A stretch of 64,000 bases of DNA from contig OZ024752.1 of assembly GCA_964016885.1 (NCBI GenBank), positions 16,554,001 to 16,618,000 on the forward strand, read 5' to 3'. The notes under the pieces are model-generated. The model did not search any database, had not been told where the DNA came from, and saw nothing but the letters and a program-made list of their open reading frames with translations. Below, piece after piece: positions 11,601 through 25,800 of the stretch. Each line of letters opens with the position of its first letter. The stretch's first letter is position 1. Source of the stretch: Eledone cirrhosa. Taxonomy: Eukaryota. The position numbers were made by a program, and so were the translations under genes.

Positions 11601-14600
11601 CACTCTGATGTCAGCCAAGTGTGGTAGTCTGTCTAGGGGAAGGATCACTCTGATGTCAGCCGTGTGTGGTAGTCTGTCTAGGTGAAGGATCACTCTGATG
11701 TCAGCGTGTGTGGTAGTCTGTCTAAGGGAAGGATCACTCTGATGTCAGCCGTGTGTGGTAGTCTGTCTAGGGGAAGGATCACTCTGATGTCAGCCGTGTG
11801 TGGTAGTCTGTCTAAGGGAAGGATCACTATGATGTCAGCTGTGTGTGGTAGACTGTCTAGGGGAAGGATCACTCTGATGTCAGCCGTGTGTGGTAGTCTG
11901 TCTAGGTGAAGGATCACTCTGATGTCAGCCATGTGTGGTAGTCTGTCTAGGGGAAGGATCACTCTGATGTCAGCCGTGTGTGGTAGTCTGTCTAGGGGAA
12001 GGATCACTCTGATGTCAGCCATGTGTGGTAGTCTGTCTAGGGGAAGGATCACTCTGATGTCAGCCGTGTGTGGTAGTCTGTCTAGGGGAAGGATCACTCT
12101 GATGTCAGCCGTGTTTGGTAGTCTGTCTAGGGGAAGGATCACTCTGATGTCAGCCGTGTGTGGTAGTCTGTCTAGGTGAAGGATCACTCTGATGTCAGCT
12201 GTGTGTGGTAGTCTGTCTAGGGGAAGGATCACTCTGATGTCAGCCATGTGTGGTAGTCTGTCTAGGGGAAGGATCACTCTGATGTCAGCCGTGTGTGGTA
12301 GTCTGTCTAGGTGAAGGATCACTCTGATGTCAGCTGTGTGTGGTAGTCTGTCTAGGGGAAGGATCACTCTGATGTCAGCTATGTGTTGTAGTCTGTCTAG
12401 CGGAAGGATCACTCTGATGTCAGCCACGTGTGGTAGTCTGTCTAGGTGAAGGATCACTCTGATGTCAGCCGTGTGTGGTAGTTTGTTATGGGAAGGATCA
12501 CTCTGATGTCAGCTGTGTGTGGGAGTCTGTTATGGGAAGGATCACTCTGATGTCAGCTGTGTGTGGTAGTCTGTTTTATGGGAAGGATATCTCTGATGTC
12601 AGCCGTGTGTGGTAGTCTGTTATGGGAAGGATCACTCTGATGTCAGCCAAGTGTGGTAGTCTGTCTAGGGGAAGGATCACTCTGATGTCAGCCGTGTGTG
12701 GTAGTCTGTTATGGGAAGGATCACTCTGATGTCAGCGTGTGTGGTAGTCTGTTATGGGAAGGATCACTCTGATGTCAGCCAAGTGTGGTAGTCTGTCTAG
12801 GGGAAGGATCACTCTGATGTCAGCCGTGTGTGGTAGTCTGTTATGGGAAGGATCACTCTGATGTCAGCCGTGTGTGGTAGTCTGTTATGGGAAGGATCAC
12901 TCCGATGTCAGCCGTGTGTGGTAGTCTGTTTAGGGGAAGGATCACTCTGATGTCAGCCGTGTGTGGTAGTCTGTCTAGGTGAAGGATCACTCTGATGTCA
13001 GCCAAGTGTGGTAGTCTGTCTAGGGGAAGGATCACTCTGATGTCAGCCGTGTGTGGTAGTCTGTTATGGGAAGGATCACTCTGATGTCAGCCGTGTGTGG
13101 TAGTCTGTTATGGGAAGGATCACTCTGATGTCAGCTGTGTGTGATAATCTGTTATGGGAAGGATCACTCCGATGTCAGCCGTGTGTGGTAGTCTGTCTAG
13201 GTGAAGGATCACTCTGATGTCAGCCAAGTGTGGTAGTCTGTCTAGGGGAAGGATCACTCTGATGTCAGCCGTGTGTGGTAGTCTGTTATGGGAAGGATCA
13301 CTCTGATGTCAGCCGTGTGTGGTAGTCTGTCTAGGTGAAGGATCACTCTGATGTCAGTCGTGTGTGGTAGTCTGTCTAGGTGAAGGATCACTCTGATGTC
13401 AGCCGTGTGTGGTAGTCTGTCTAGGGGAAGGATCACTCTGATGTCAGCTGTGTGTGGTAGTCTGTCTAAGGGAAGGATCACTCTGATGTCAGCCGTGTGT
13501 GGTAGTCTGTCTAAGGGAAGGATCACTCTGATGTCAGTCATGTGTGGAAGTCTGTTATGGGAAGGATCACTCTGATGTCAGCCGTGTGTGGTAGTCTGTC
13601 TAGGGGAAGGATCACTCTGATGTCAGCCGTGTGTGGCAGTCTGTTATGGGAGGGATCACTCTGATGTCCGCCGTGTGTGGTAGTCTGTCTAGGGGAAGGA
13701 TCACTCTGATGTCAGCCGTGTTTGGTAGTCTGTCAAGGGGAAGGATCACTCTGATGTCAGCCGTGTGTGGTAGTCTGTCTAGGGGAAGGATCACTCTGAT
13801 GTCAGCCGTGTGTGGTAGTCTGTCTAGGGGAAGGATCACTCTGATGTCAGCCAAGTGTGGTAGTCTGTCTAGGGGAAGGATCACTCTGATGTCAGCCGTG
13901 TGTGGTAGTCTGTTATGGGAAGGATCACTCTGATGTCAGCCGTGTGTGGTAGTCTGTCTAGGGGAAGGATCACTCTGATGTCAGCCGTGTGTGGTAGTCT
14001 GTCTAGGGGAAGGATCACTCTGATGTCAGCCATGTGTGGTACTCTGTCTAAGGGAAGGATCCCTCTGATGTCAGTCATGTGTGGAAGTCTGTTATGGGAA
14101 GGATCACTCTGATGTCAGCCGTGTGTGGTAGTCTGTCTAGGGGAAGGATCACTCTGATGTCAACCGTGTGTGGTAGTCTGTCTAGGGGAAGGATCACTCT
14201 GATGTCAGCCGTGTGTGGTAGTCTGTGTAGGGGAAGGATCACTCTGATGTCAGCGTGTGTGGTAGTCTGTCTAAGGGAAGGATCACTCTGACGTCAGCCG
14301 TGTGTGGTAGTCTGTCTAGGTGAAGGATCACTCTGATGTAAGCCGTGTGTGGTAGTCTGTCTAAGGGAAGGATCACTCTGATGTCAGTCATGTGTGGTAG
14401 TCTGTTATGGGAAGGATCACTCTGATGTCAGCCGTGTGTGGTAGTCTGTCTAGGTGAAGGATCACTCTGATGTAAGCCGTGTGTGGTAGTCTGTCTAAGG
14501 GAAGGGTCACTCTGATGTCAGCCGTGTGTTGTAGTCTGTCTAGGGGAAGGATCACTCTGATGTCAGCCGTGTGTGGTAGTCTGTCTAGGGGAAGGATCAC

Positions 14601-15799
14601 TCTGATGCCAGCCGTGTATGGTAGTCTGTCTAGGGGAAGGATCACTCTGATGTCAGCCAAGTGTGGTAGTCTGTCTAGGGGAAGGATCACTCTGATGTCA
14701 GCCGTGTGTGGTAGTCTGTCTAGGTGAAGGATCACTCTGATGTCAGCGTGTGTGGTAGTCTGTCTAAGGGAAGGATCACTCTGATGTCAGCCGTGTGTGG
14801 TAGTCTGTCTAGGGGAAGGATCACTCTGATGTCAGCCGTGTGTGGTAGTCTGTCTAAGGGAAGGATCACTATGATGTCAGCTGTGTGTGGTAGACTGTCT
14901 AGGGGAAGGATCACTCTGATGTCAGCCGTGTGTGGTAGTCTGTCTAGGTGAAGGATCACTCTGATGTCAGCCATGTGTGGTAGTCTGTCTAGGGGAAGGA
15001 TCACTCTGATGTCAGCCGTGTGTGGTAGTCTGTCTAGGGGAAGGATCACTCTGATGTCAGCCATGTGTGGTAGTCTGTCTAGGGGAAGGATCACTCTGAT
15101 GTCAGCCGTGTGTGGTAGTCTGTCTAGGGGAAGGATCACTCTGATGTCAGCCGTGTTTGGTAGTCTGTCTAGGGGAAGGATCACTCTGATGTCAGCCGTG
15201 TGTGGTAGTCTGTCTAGGTGAAGGATCACTCTGATGTCAGCTGTGTGTGGTAGTCTGTCTAGGGGAAGGATCACTCTGATGTCAGCCATGTGTGGTAGTC
15301 TGTCTAGGGGAAGGATCACTCTGATGTCAGCAGTGTGTGGTAGTCTGTCTAGGTGAAGGATCACTCTGATGTCAGCTGTGTGTGGTAGTCTGTCTAGGGG
15401 AAGGATCACTCTGATGTCAGCTATGTGTGGTAGTCTGTCTAGCGGAAGGATCACTCTGATGTCAGCCACGTGTGGTAGTCTGTTATGGGAAGGATCACTC
15501 TGATGTCAGCTGTGTGTGGTAGTCTGTTATGGGAAGGATATCTCTGATGTCAGCCGTGTGTGGTAGTCTGTTATGGGAAGGATCACTCTGATGTCAGCCA
15601 AGTGTGGTAGTCTGTCTAGGGGAAGGATCACTCTGATGTCAGCCGTGTGTGGTAGTCTGTTATGGGAAGGATCACTCTGATGTCAGCGTGTGTGGTAGTC
15701 TGTTATGGGAAGGATCACTCTGATGTCAGCCAAGTGTGGTAGTCTGTCTAGGGGAAGGATCACTCTGATGTCAGCCGTGTGTGGTAGTCTGTTATGGGA

Positions 15800-17390
15800 A
15801 GGATCACTCTGATGTCAGCCGTGTGTGGTAGTCTGTTATGGGAAGGATCACTCCGATGTCAGCCGTGTGTGGTAGTCTGTTTAGGGGAAGGATCACTCTG
15901 ATGTTAGCCGTGTGTGGTAGTCTGTCTAGGTGAAGGATCACTCTGATGTCAGCCAAGTGTGGTAGTCTGTCTAGGGGAAGGATCACTCTGATGTCAGCCG
16001 TGTGTGGTAGTCTGTTATGGGAAGGATCACTCTGATGTCAGCCGTGTGTGGTAGTCTGTTATGGGAAGGATCACTCTGATGTCAGCTGTGTGTGATAATC
16101 TGTTATGGGAAGGATCACTCCGATGTCAGCCGTGTGTGGTAGTCTGTCTAGGTGAAGGATCACTCTGATGTCAGCCAAGTGTGGGAGTCTGTCTAGGGGA
16201 AGGATCACTCTGATGTCAGCCGTGTGTGGTAGTCTGTTATGGGAAGGATCACTCTGATGTCAGCCGTGTGTGGTAGTCTGTCTAGGTGAAGGATCACTCT
16301 GATGTCAGTCGTGTGTGGTAGTCTGTCTAGGTGAAGGATCACTCTGATGTCAGCCGTGTGTGGTAGTCTGTCTAGGGGAAGGATCACTCTGATGTCAGCC
16401 GTGTGTGGTAGTCTGTCTAAGGGAAGGATCACTCTGATGTCAGTCATGTGTGGAAGTCTGTTATGGGAAGGATCACTCTGATGTCAGCCGTGTGTGGTAG
16501 TCTGTCTAGGGGAAGGATCACTCTGATGTCAGCCGTGTGTGGCAGTCTGTTATGGGAGGGATCACTCTGATGTCCGCCGTGTGTGGTAGTCTGTCTAGGG
16601 GAAGGATCACTCTGATGTCAGCCGTGTGTGGTAGTCTGTTATGGGAAGGATCACTCCGATGTCAGCCGTGTGTGGTAGTCTGTTTAGGGGAAGGATCACT
16701 CTGATGTCAGCCGTGTGTGGTAGTCTGTCTAGGTGAAGGATCACTCTGATGTCAGCCAAGTGTGGTAGTCTGTCTAGGGGAAGGATCACTCTGATGTCAG
16801 CCGTGTGTGGTAGTCTGTTATGGGAAGGATCACTCTGATGTCAGCCGTGTGTGGTAGTCTGTTATGGGAAGGATCACTCTGATGTCAGCTGTGTGTGATA
16901 ATCTGTTATGGGAAGGATCACTCCGATGTCAGCCGTGTGTGGTAGTCTGTCTAGGTGAAGGATCACTCTGATGTCAGCCAAGTGTGGGAGTCTGTCTAGG
17001 GGAAGGATCACTCTGATGTCAGCCGTGTGTGGTAGTCTGTTATGGGAAGGATCACTCTGATGTCAGCCGTGTGTGGTAGTCTGTCTAGGTGAAGGATCAC
17101 TCTGATGTCAGTCGTGTGTGGTAGTCTGTCTAGGTGAAGGATCACTCTGATGTCAGCCGTGTGTGGTAGTCTGTCTAGGGGAAGGATCACTCTGATGTCA
17201 GCCGTGTGTGGTAGTCTGTCTAAGGGAAGGATCACTCTGATGTCAGTCATGTGTGGAAGTCTGTTATGGGAAGGATCACTCTGATGTCAGCCGTGTGTGG
17301 TAGTCTGTCTAGGGGAAGGATCACTCTGATGTCAGCCGTGTGTGGCAGTCTGTTATGGGAGGGATCACTCTGATGTCCGCCGTGTGTGGT
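15800..17390 (+). repeat. Tandem block duplication, unit 803 bp (~18 monomers)
   Basis: ORF pairs 15804/16607 and 16205/17008. The rare variants TGATAAT, CCAAGTGTGGGAG, TGGAAGT and GGGAGGG...TGTCCGCC occur in the same order in both copies. Confidence 0.88.
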
Positions 17391-17849
17391 AGTCTGTCTA
17401 GGGGAAGGATCACTCTGATGTCAGCCGTGTGTGGTAGTCTGTCTAGGGGAAGGATCACTCTGATGTCAGCCGTGTGTGGTAGTCTGTCTAGGGGAAGGAT
17501 CACTCTGATGTCAGCCGTGTGTGGTAGTCTGTCTAGGGGAAGGATCACTCTGATGTCAGCCAAGTGTGGTAGTCTGTCTAGGGGAAGGATCACTCTGATG
17601 TCAGCCGTGTGTGGTAGTCTGTTATGGGAAGGATCACTCTGATGTCAGCCGTGTGTGGTAGTCTGTCTAGGGGAAGGATCACTCTGATGTCAGCCGTGTG
17701 TGGTAGTCTGTCTAGGGGAAGGATCACTCTGATGTCAGCCGTGTGTGGTAGTCTGTCTAGGGGAAGGATCACTCTGATGTCAGCCAAGTGTGGTAGTCTG
17801 TCTAGGTGAAGGATCACTCTGATGTCAGTCGTGTGTGGTAGTCTGTCTA

Positions 17850-19810
17850 GGGGAAGGATCACTCTGATGTCAGCGTGTGTGGTAGTCTGTCTAAGGGAAG
17901 GATCACTCTGACGTCAGCCGTGTGTGGTAGTCTGTCTAGGTGAAGGATCACTCTGATGTAACCCGTGTGTGGTAGTCTGTCTAAGGGAAGGATCACTCTG
18001 ATGTCAGTCATGTGTGGTAGTCTGTTATGGGAAGGATCACTCTGATGTCAGCCGTGTGTGGTAGTCTGTCTAGGGGAAGGATCACTCTGATGTCAGCCGT
18101 GTGTGGCAGTCTGTTATGGGAAGGGTCACTCTGATGTCAGCCGTGTGTGGTAGTCTGTCTAGGGGAAGGATCACTCTGATGTCAGCCGTGTGTGGTAGTC
18201 TGTCTAGGGGAAGGATCACTCTGATGTCAGCCGTGTGTGGTAGTCTGTCTAGGGGAAGGATCACTCTGATGTCAGCCAAGTGTGGTAGTCTGTCTAGGGG
18301 AAGGATCACTCTGATGTCAGCCGTGTGTGGTAGTCTGTTATGGGAAGGATCACTCTGATGTCAGTCATGTGTGGTAGTCTGTTATGGGAAGGATCACTCT
18401 GATGTCAGCCGTGTGTGGTAGTCTGTCTAGGGGAAGGATCACTCTGATGTCAGCCGTGTGTGGCAGTCTGTTATGGGAAGGATCACTCTGATGTCAGCCG
18501 TGTGTGGTAGTCTGTCTAGGGGAAGGATCACTCTGATGTCAGCCGTGTGTGGTAGTCTGTCTAGGGGAAGGATCACTCTGATGTCAGCCAAGTGTGGTAG
18601 TCTGTCTAGGGGAAGGATCACTCTGATGTCAGCCATGTGTGGTAGTCTGTCTAGGTGAAGGATCACTCTGATGTCAGCCGTGTGTGGTAGTCTGTTATGG
18701 GAAGGATCACTCTGATGTCAACTGTGTGTGGTAGTCTGTTATGGGAAGGATCACTCTGATGTCAGCCGTGTGTGTTAGTCTGTTATGGGAAGGATCACCC
18801 CGATGTCAGCCGTGTGTGGTAGTCTGTCTAGGGGAAGGATCACTCTGATGTCAGCGTGTGTGGTAGTCTGTCTAAGGGAAGGATCACTCTGACGTCAGCC
18901 GTGTGTGGTAGTCTGTCTAGGTGAAGGATCACTCTGATGTAACCCGTGTGTGGTAGTCTGTCTAAGGGAAGGATCACTCTGATGTCAGTCATGTGTGGTA
19001 GTCTGTTATGGGAAGGATCACTCTGATGTCAGCCGTGTGTGGTAGTCTGTCTAGGGGAAGGATCACTCTGATGTCAGCCGTGTGTGGCAGTCTGTTATGG
19101 GAAGGGTCACTCTGATGTCAGCCGTGTGTGGTAGTCTGTCTAGGGGAAGGATCACTCTGATGTCAGCCGTGTGTGGTAGTCTGTCTAGGGGAAGGATCAC
19201 TCTGATGTCAGCCGTGTGTGGTAGTCTGTCTAGGGGAAGGATCACTCTGATGTCAGCCAAGTGTGGTAGTCTGTCTAGGGGAAGGATCACTCTGATGTCA
19301 GCCGTGTGTGGTAGTCTGTTATGGGAAGGATCACTCTGATGTCAGTCATGTGTGGTAGTCTGTTATGGGAAGGATCACTCTGATGTCAGCCGTGTGTGGT
19401 AGTCTGTCTAGGGGAAGGATCACTCTGATGTCAGCCGTGTGTGGCAGTCTGTTATGGGAAGGATCACTCTGATGTCAGCCGTGTGTGGTAGTCTGTCTAG
19501 GGGAAGGATCACTCTGATGTCAGCCGTGTGTGGTAGTCTGTCTAGGGGAAGGATCACTCTGATGTCAGCCAAGTGTGGTAGTCTGTCTAGGGGAAGGATC
19601 ACTCTGATGTCAGCCATGTGTGGTAGTCTGTCTAGGTGAAGGATCACTCTGATGTCAGCCGTGTGTGGTAGTCTGTTATGGGAAGGATCACTCTGATGTC
19701 AGCTGTGTGTGGTAGTCTGTTATGGGAAGGATCACTCTGATGTCAGCCGTGTGTGTTAGTCTGTTATGGGAAGGATCACCCCGATGTCAGCCGTGTGTGG
19801 TAGTCTGTCT
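17850..19810 (+). repeat. Tandem block duplication, unit 981 bp (~22 monomers)
   Basis: ORF pairs 18082/19063 and 18439/19420. TGACGTCA occurs at 17909/18890, and the variant TGTAACCCG is present in both copies. Confidence 0.88.
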
Positions 19811-22800
19811 AGGTGAAGGATCACTCTGATGTGAGCCGTGTGTGGTAGTCTGTCTAGGTGAAGGATCACTCTGATGTCAGCCGTGTGTGGTAGTCTGTTA
19901 TGGGAAGGATCACTCTGATGTCAGCCGTGTGTGGTAGTCTGTTATGGGAAGGATCACTCCGATGTCAGCCGTGTGTGGTAGTCTGTCTAGGTGAAGGATC
20001 ACTCTGATGTCAGCCAAGTGTGGTAGTCTGTCTAGGGGAAGGATCACTCTGATGTCAGCCGTGTGTGGTAGTCTGTCTAGGGGAAGGATCACTCTGATGT
20101 CAGCCGTGTGTGGTAGTCTGTTATGGGAAGGATCACTCTGATGTCAGCTGTGTGTGATAATCTGTTATGGGAAGGATCACTCCGATGTCAGCCGTGTGTG
20201 GTAGTCTGTCTAGGTGAAGGATCACTCTGATGTCAGCCAAGTGTGGTAGTCTGTCTAGGGGAAGGATCACTCTGATGTCAGCCGTGTGTGGTAGTCTGTT
20301 ATGGGAAGGATCACTCTGATGTCAGCCGTGTGTGGTAGTCTGTCTAGGTGAAGGATCACTCTGATGTCAGTCGTGTCTGGTAGTCTGTCTAGGTGAAGGA
20401 TCACTCTGACGTCAGCCGTGTGTGGTAGTCTGTCTAGGTGAAGGATCACTCTGATGTAAGCCGTGTGTGGTAGTCTGTCTAAGGGAAGGATCACTCTGAT
20501 GTCAGTCATGTGTGGTAGTCTGTTATGGGAAGGATCACTCTGATGTCAGCCGTGTGTGGTAGTCTGTCTAGGTGAAGGATCACTCTGATGTAAGCCGTGT
20601 GTGGTAGTCTGTCTAAGGGAAGGGTCACTCTGATGTCAGCCGTGTGTTGTAGTCTGTCTAGGGGAAGGATCACTCTGATGTCAGCCGTGTGTGGTAGTCT
20701 GTCTAGGGGAAGGATCACTCTGATGCCAGCCGTGTATGGTAGTCTGTCTAGGGGAAGGATCACTCTGATGTCAGCCAAGTGTGGTAGTCTGTCTAGGGGA
20801 AGGATCACTCTGATGTCAGCCGTGTGTGGTAGTCTGTCTAGGTGAAGGATCACTCTGATGTCAGCGTGTGTGGTAGTCTGTCTAAGGGAAGGATCACTCT
20901 GATGTCAGCCGTGTGTGGTAGTCTGTCTAGGGGAAGGATCACTCTGATGTCAGCCGTGTGTGGTAGTCTGTCTAAGGGAAGGATCACTATGATGTCAGCT
21001 ATGTGTGGTAGACTGTCTAGGGGAAGGATCACTCTGATGTCAGCCGTGTGTGGTAGTCTGTCTAGGTGAAGGATCACTCTGATGTCAGCCACGTGTGGTA
21101 GTCTGTCTAGGGGAAGGATCACTCTGATGTCAGCCGTGTGTGGTAGTCTGTCTAGGGGAAGGATCACTCTGATGTCAGCCATGTGTGGTAGTCTGTCTAG
21201 GGGAAGGATCACTCTGATGTCAGCCGTGTGTGGTAGTCTGTCTAGGGGAAGGATCACTCTGATGTCAGCCGTGTTTGGTAGTCTGTCTAGGGGAAGGATC
21301 ACTCTGATGTCAGCCGTGTGTGGTAGTCTGTCTAGGTGAAGGATCACTCTGATGTCAGCTGTGTGTGGTAGTCTGTCTAGGGGAAGGATCACTCTGATGT
21401 CAGCCATGTGTGGTAGTCTGTCTAGGGGAAGGATCACTCTGATGTCAGCCGTGTGTGGTAGTCTGTCTAGGTGAAGGATCACTCTGATGTCAGCTGTGTG
21501 TGGTAGTCTGTCTAGGGGAAGGATCACTCTGATGTCAGCTATGTGTGGTAGTCTGTCTAGCGGAAGGATCACTCTGATGTCAGCCACGTGTGGTAGTCTG
21601 TCTAGGTGAAGGATCACTCTGATGTCAGCCGTGTGTGGTAGTCTGTTATGGGAAGGATCACTCTGATGTCAGCTGTGTGTGGGAGTCTGTTATGGGAAGG
21701 ATCACTCTGATGTCAGCTGTGTGTGGTAGTCTGTTATGGGAAGGATATCTCTGATGTCAGCCGTGTGTGGTAGTCTGTTATGGGAAGGATATCTCTGATG
21801 TCAGCCAAGTGTGGTAGTCTGTCTAGGGGAAGGATCACTCTGATGTCAGCCGTGTGTGGTAGTCTGTTATGGGAAGGATCACTCTGATGTCAGCGTGTGT
21901 GGTAGTCTGTTATGGGAAGGATCACTCTGATGTCAGCCAAGTGTGGTAGTCTGTCTAGGGGAAGGATCACTCTGATGTCAGCCGTGTGTGGTAGTCTGTT
22001 ATGGGAAGGATCACTCTGATGTCAGCCGTGTGTGGTAGTCTGTTATGGGAAGGATCACTCCGATGTCAGCCGTGTGTGGTAGTCTGTTTAGGGGAAGGAT
22101 CACTCTGATGTCAGCCGTGTGTGGTAGTCTGTCTAGGTGAAGGATCACTCTGATGTCAGCCAAGTGTGGTAGTCTGTCTAGGGGAAGGATCACTCTGATG
22201 TCAGCCGTGTGTGGTAGTCTGTTATGGGAAGGATCACTCTGATGTCAGCCGTGTGTGGTAGTCTGTTATGGGAAGGATCACTCTGATGTCAGCTGTGTGT
22301 GATAATCTGTTATGGGAAGGATCACTCCGATGTCAGCCGTGTGTGGTAGTCTGTCTAGGTGAAGGATCACTCTGATGTCAGCCAAGTGTGGTAGTCTGTC
22401 TAGGGGAAGGATCACTCTGATGTCAGCCTTGTGTGGTAGTCTGTTATGGGAAGGATCACTCTGATGTCAGCCGTGTGTGGTAGTCTGTCTAGGTGAAGGA
22501 TCACTCTGATGTCAGTCGTGTGTGGTAGTCTGTCTAGGTGAAGGATCACTCTGATGTCAGCCGTGTGTGGTAGTCTGTCTAGGGGAAGGATCACTCTGAT
22601 GTCAGCTGTGTGTGGTAGTCTGTCTAAGGGAAGGATCACTCTGATGTCAGCCGTGTGTGGTAGTCTGTCTAAGGGAAGGATCACTCTGATGTCAGTCATG
22701 TGTGGAAGTCTGTTATGGGAAGGATCACTCTGATGTCAGCCGTGTGTGGTAGTCTGTCTAGGGGAAGGATCACTCTGATGTCAGCCGTGTGTGGCAGTCT

Positions 22801-25800
22801 GTTATGGGAGGGATCACTCTGATGTCCGCCGTGTGTGGTAGTCTGTCTAGGGGAAGGATCACTCTGATGTCAGCCGTGTGTGGTAGTCTGTCAAGGGGAA
22901 GGATCACTCTGATGTCAGCCGTGTGTGGTAGTCTGTCTAGGGGAAGGATCACTCTGATGTCAGCCGTGTGTGGTAGTCTGTCTAGGGGAAGGATCACTCT
23001 GATGTCAGCCAAGTGTGGTAGTCTGTCTAGGGGAAGGATCACTCTGATGTCAGCCGTGTGTGGTAGTCTGTTATGGGAAGGATCACTCTGATGTCAGCCG
23101 TGTGTGGTAGTCTGTCTAGGGGAAGGATCACTCTGATGTCAGCCGTGTGTGGTAGTCTGTCTAGGGGAAGGATCACTCTGATGTCAGCCGTGTGTGGTAG
23201 TCTGTCTAGGGGAAGGATCACTCTGATGTCAGCCAAGTGTGGTAGTCTGTCTAGGTGAAGGATCACTCTGATGTCAGTCGTGTGTGGTAGTCTGTCTAGG
23301 GGAAGGATCACTCTGATGTCAGCGTGTGTGGTAGTCTGTCTAAGGGAAGGATCACTCTGACGTCAGCCGTGTGTGGTAGTCTGTCTAGGTGAAGGATCAC
23401 TCCGATGTAAGCCGTGTGTGGTAGTCTGTCTAAGGGAAGGATCACTCTGATGTCAGTCATGTGTGGTAGTCTGTTATGGGAAGGATCACTCTGATGTCAG
23501 CCGTGTGTGGTAGTCTGTCTAGGGGAAGGATCACTCTGATGTCAGCCGTGTGTGGCAGTCTGTTATGGGAAGGGTCACTCTGATGTCAGCCGTGGGTGGT
23601 AGTCTGTCTAGGGGAAGGATCACTCTGATGTCAGCCGTGTGTGGTAGTCTGTCTAGGGGAAGGATCACTCTGATGTCAGCCGTGTGTGGTAGTCTGTCTA
23701 AGGGAAGGATCACTCTGATGTCAGCCAAGTGTGGTAGTCTGTCTAGGGGAAGGATCACTCTGATGTCAGCCGTGTGTGGTAGTCTGTTATGGGAAGGATC
23801 ACTCTGATGTCTGTCATGTGTGGTAGTCTGTTATGGGAAGGATCACTCTGATGTCAGCCGTATGTGGTAGTCTGTCTAGGGGAAGGATCACTCTGATGTC
23901 AGCCGTGTGTGGCAGTCTGTTATGGGAAGGATCACTCTGATGTCCGCCGTGTGTGGTAGTCTGTCTAGGGGAAGGATCACTCTGATGTCAGCCGTGTGTG
24001 GTAGTCTGTCTAGGGGAAGGATCACCCTGATGTCAGCCGTGTGTGGTAGTCTGTCTAGGGGAAGGATCACTCTGATGTCAGCCGTGTGTGGTAGTCTGTC
24101 TAGGGGAAGGATCACTCTGATGTCAGCCAAGTGTGGTAGTCTGTCTAGGGGAAGGATCACTCTGATGTCAGCCATGTGTGGTAGTCTGTCTAGGTGAAGG
24201 ATCACTCTGATGTCAGCCGTGTGTGGTAGTCTGTTATGGGAAGGATCACTCTGATGTCAGCTGTGTGTGGTAGTCTGTTATGGGAAGGATCACTCTGATG
24301 TCAGCCGTGTGTGTTAGTCTGTTATGGGAAGGATCACCCCGATGTCAGCCGTGTGTGGTAGTCTGTCTAGGTGAAGGATCACTCTGATGTGAGCCGTGTG
24401 TGGTAGTGTGTCTAGGTGAAGGATCACTCTGATGTCAGCTGTGTGTGGTAGTCTGTTATCGGAAGGATCACCCCGATGTCAGCCAAGTGTGGTAGTCTGT
24501 CTAGGTGAAGGATCACTCTGATGTCAGTCGTGTGTGGTAGTCTGTCTAGGTGAAGGATCACTCTGATGTCAGACGTGTGTGGTAGTCTGTCTAGGGGAAG
24601 GATCACTCTGATGTCAGCGTGTGTGGTAGTCTGTCTAAGGGAAGGATCACTCTGACGTCAGCCGTGTGTGGTAGTCTGTCTAGGTGAAGGATCACTCTGA
24701 TGTAAGCCGTGTGTGGTAGTCTGTCTAAGGGAAGGATCACTCTGATGTCAGTCATGTGTGGTAGTCTGTTATGGGAAGTATCACTCTGATGTCAGCCGTG
24801 TGTGGTAGTCTGTCTAGGGGAAGGATCACTCTGATGTCAGCCGTGTGTGGCAGTCTGTTATTGGAAGGGTCACTCTGATGTCAGCCGTGTGTGGTAGTCT
24901 GTCTAGGGGAAGGATCACTCTGATGCCAGCCGTGTGTGGTAGTCTGTCTAGGGGAAGGATCACTCTGATGTCAGCCAAGTGTGGTAGTCTGTCTAGGGGA
25001 AGGATCACTCTGATGTCAGCCGTGTGTGGTAGTCTGTCTAGGTGAAGGATCACTCTGATGTCAGCGTGTGTGGTAGTCTGTCTAAGGGAAGGATCACTCT
25101 GATGTCAGCCGTGTGTGGTAGTCTGTCTCGGGGAAGGATCACTCTGATGTAAGCCGTGTGTGGTAGTCTGTCTAAGGGAAGGATCACTATGATGTCAGCT
25201 GTGTGTGATAGACTGTCTAAGGGAAGGATCACTCTGATGTCAGCTGTGTGTAGTAGTTTGTCTAGGTGAAGGATCACTCTGATGTCAGCCGTGTTTGGTA
25301 GTCTGTCTAGGTGAAGGATCACTCTGATGTCAGCGTGTGTGGTAGTCTGTCTAAGGGAAGGATCACTCTGATGTCAGCCGTGTGTGGTAGTCTGTCTAAG
25401 GGAAGGATCACTCTGATGTTAGCTGTGTGTGGTAGTCTGTCTAGGTGAAGGATCACTCTGATGTCAGCCATGTGTGGTAGTCTGTCTAGGGGAAGGATCA
25501 CTCTGATGTCAGCCGTGTGTGGTAGCCTGTCTAGGGGAAGGATCACTCTGATGTCAGCCATGTGTGGTAGTCTGTCTAGGGGAGGATCACTCTGATGTCA
25601 GCCGTGTGTGGTAGTCTGTCTAGGGGAAGGATCACTCTGATGTCAGCCGTGTTTGGTAGTCTGTCTAGGGGAAGGATCACTCTGATGTCAGCTGTGTGTG
25701 GTAGTCTATCTAGGGGAAGGATCACTCTGATGTCAGCCATGTGTGGTAGTCTGTCTAGCGGAAGGATCACTCTGATGTCAGCCACGTGTGGTAGTCTGTC

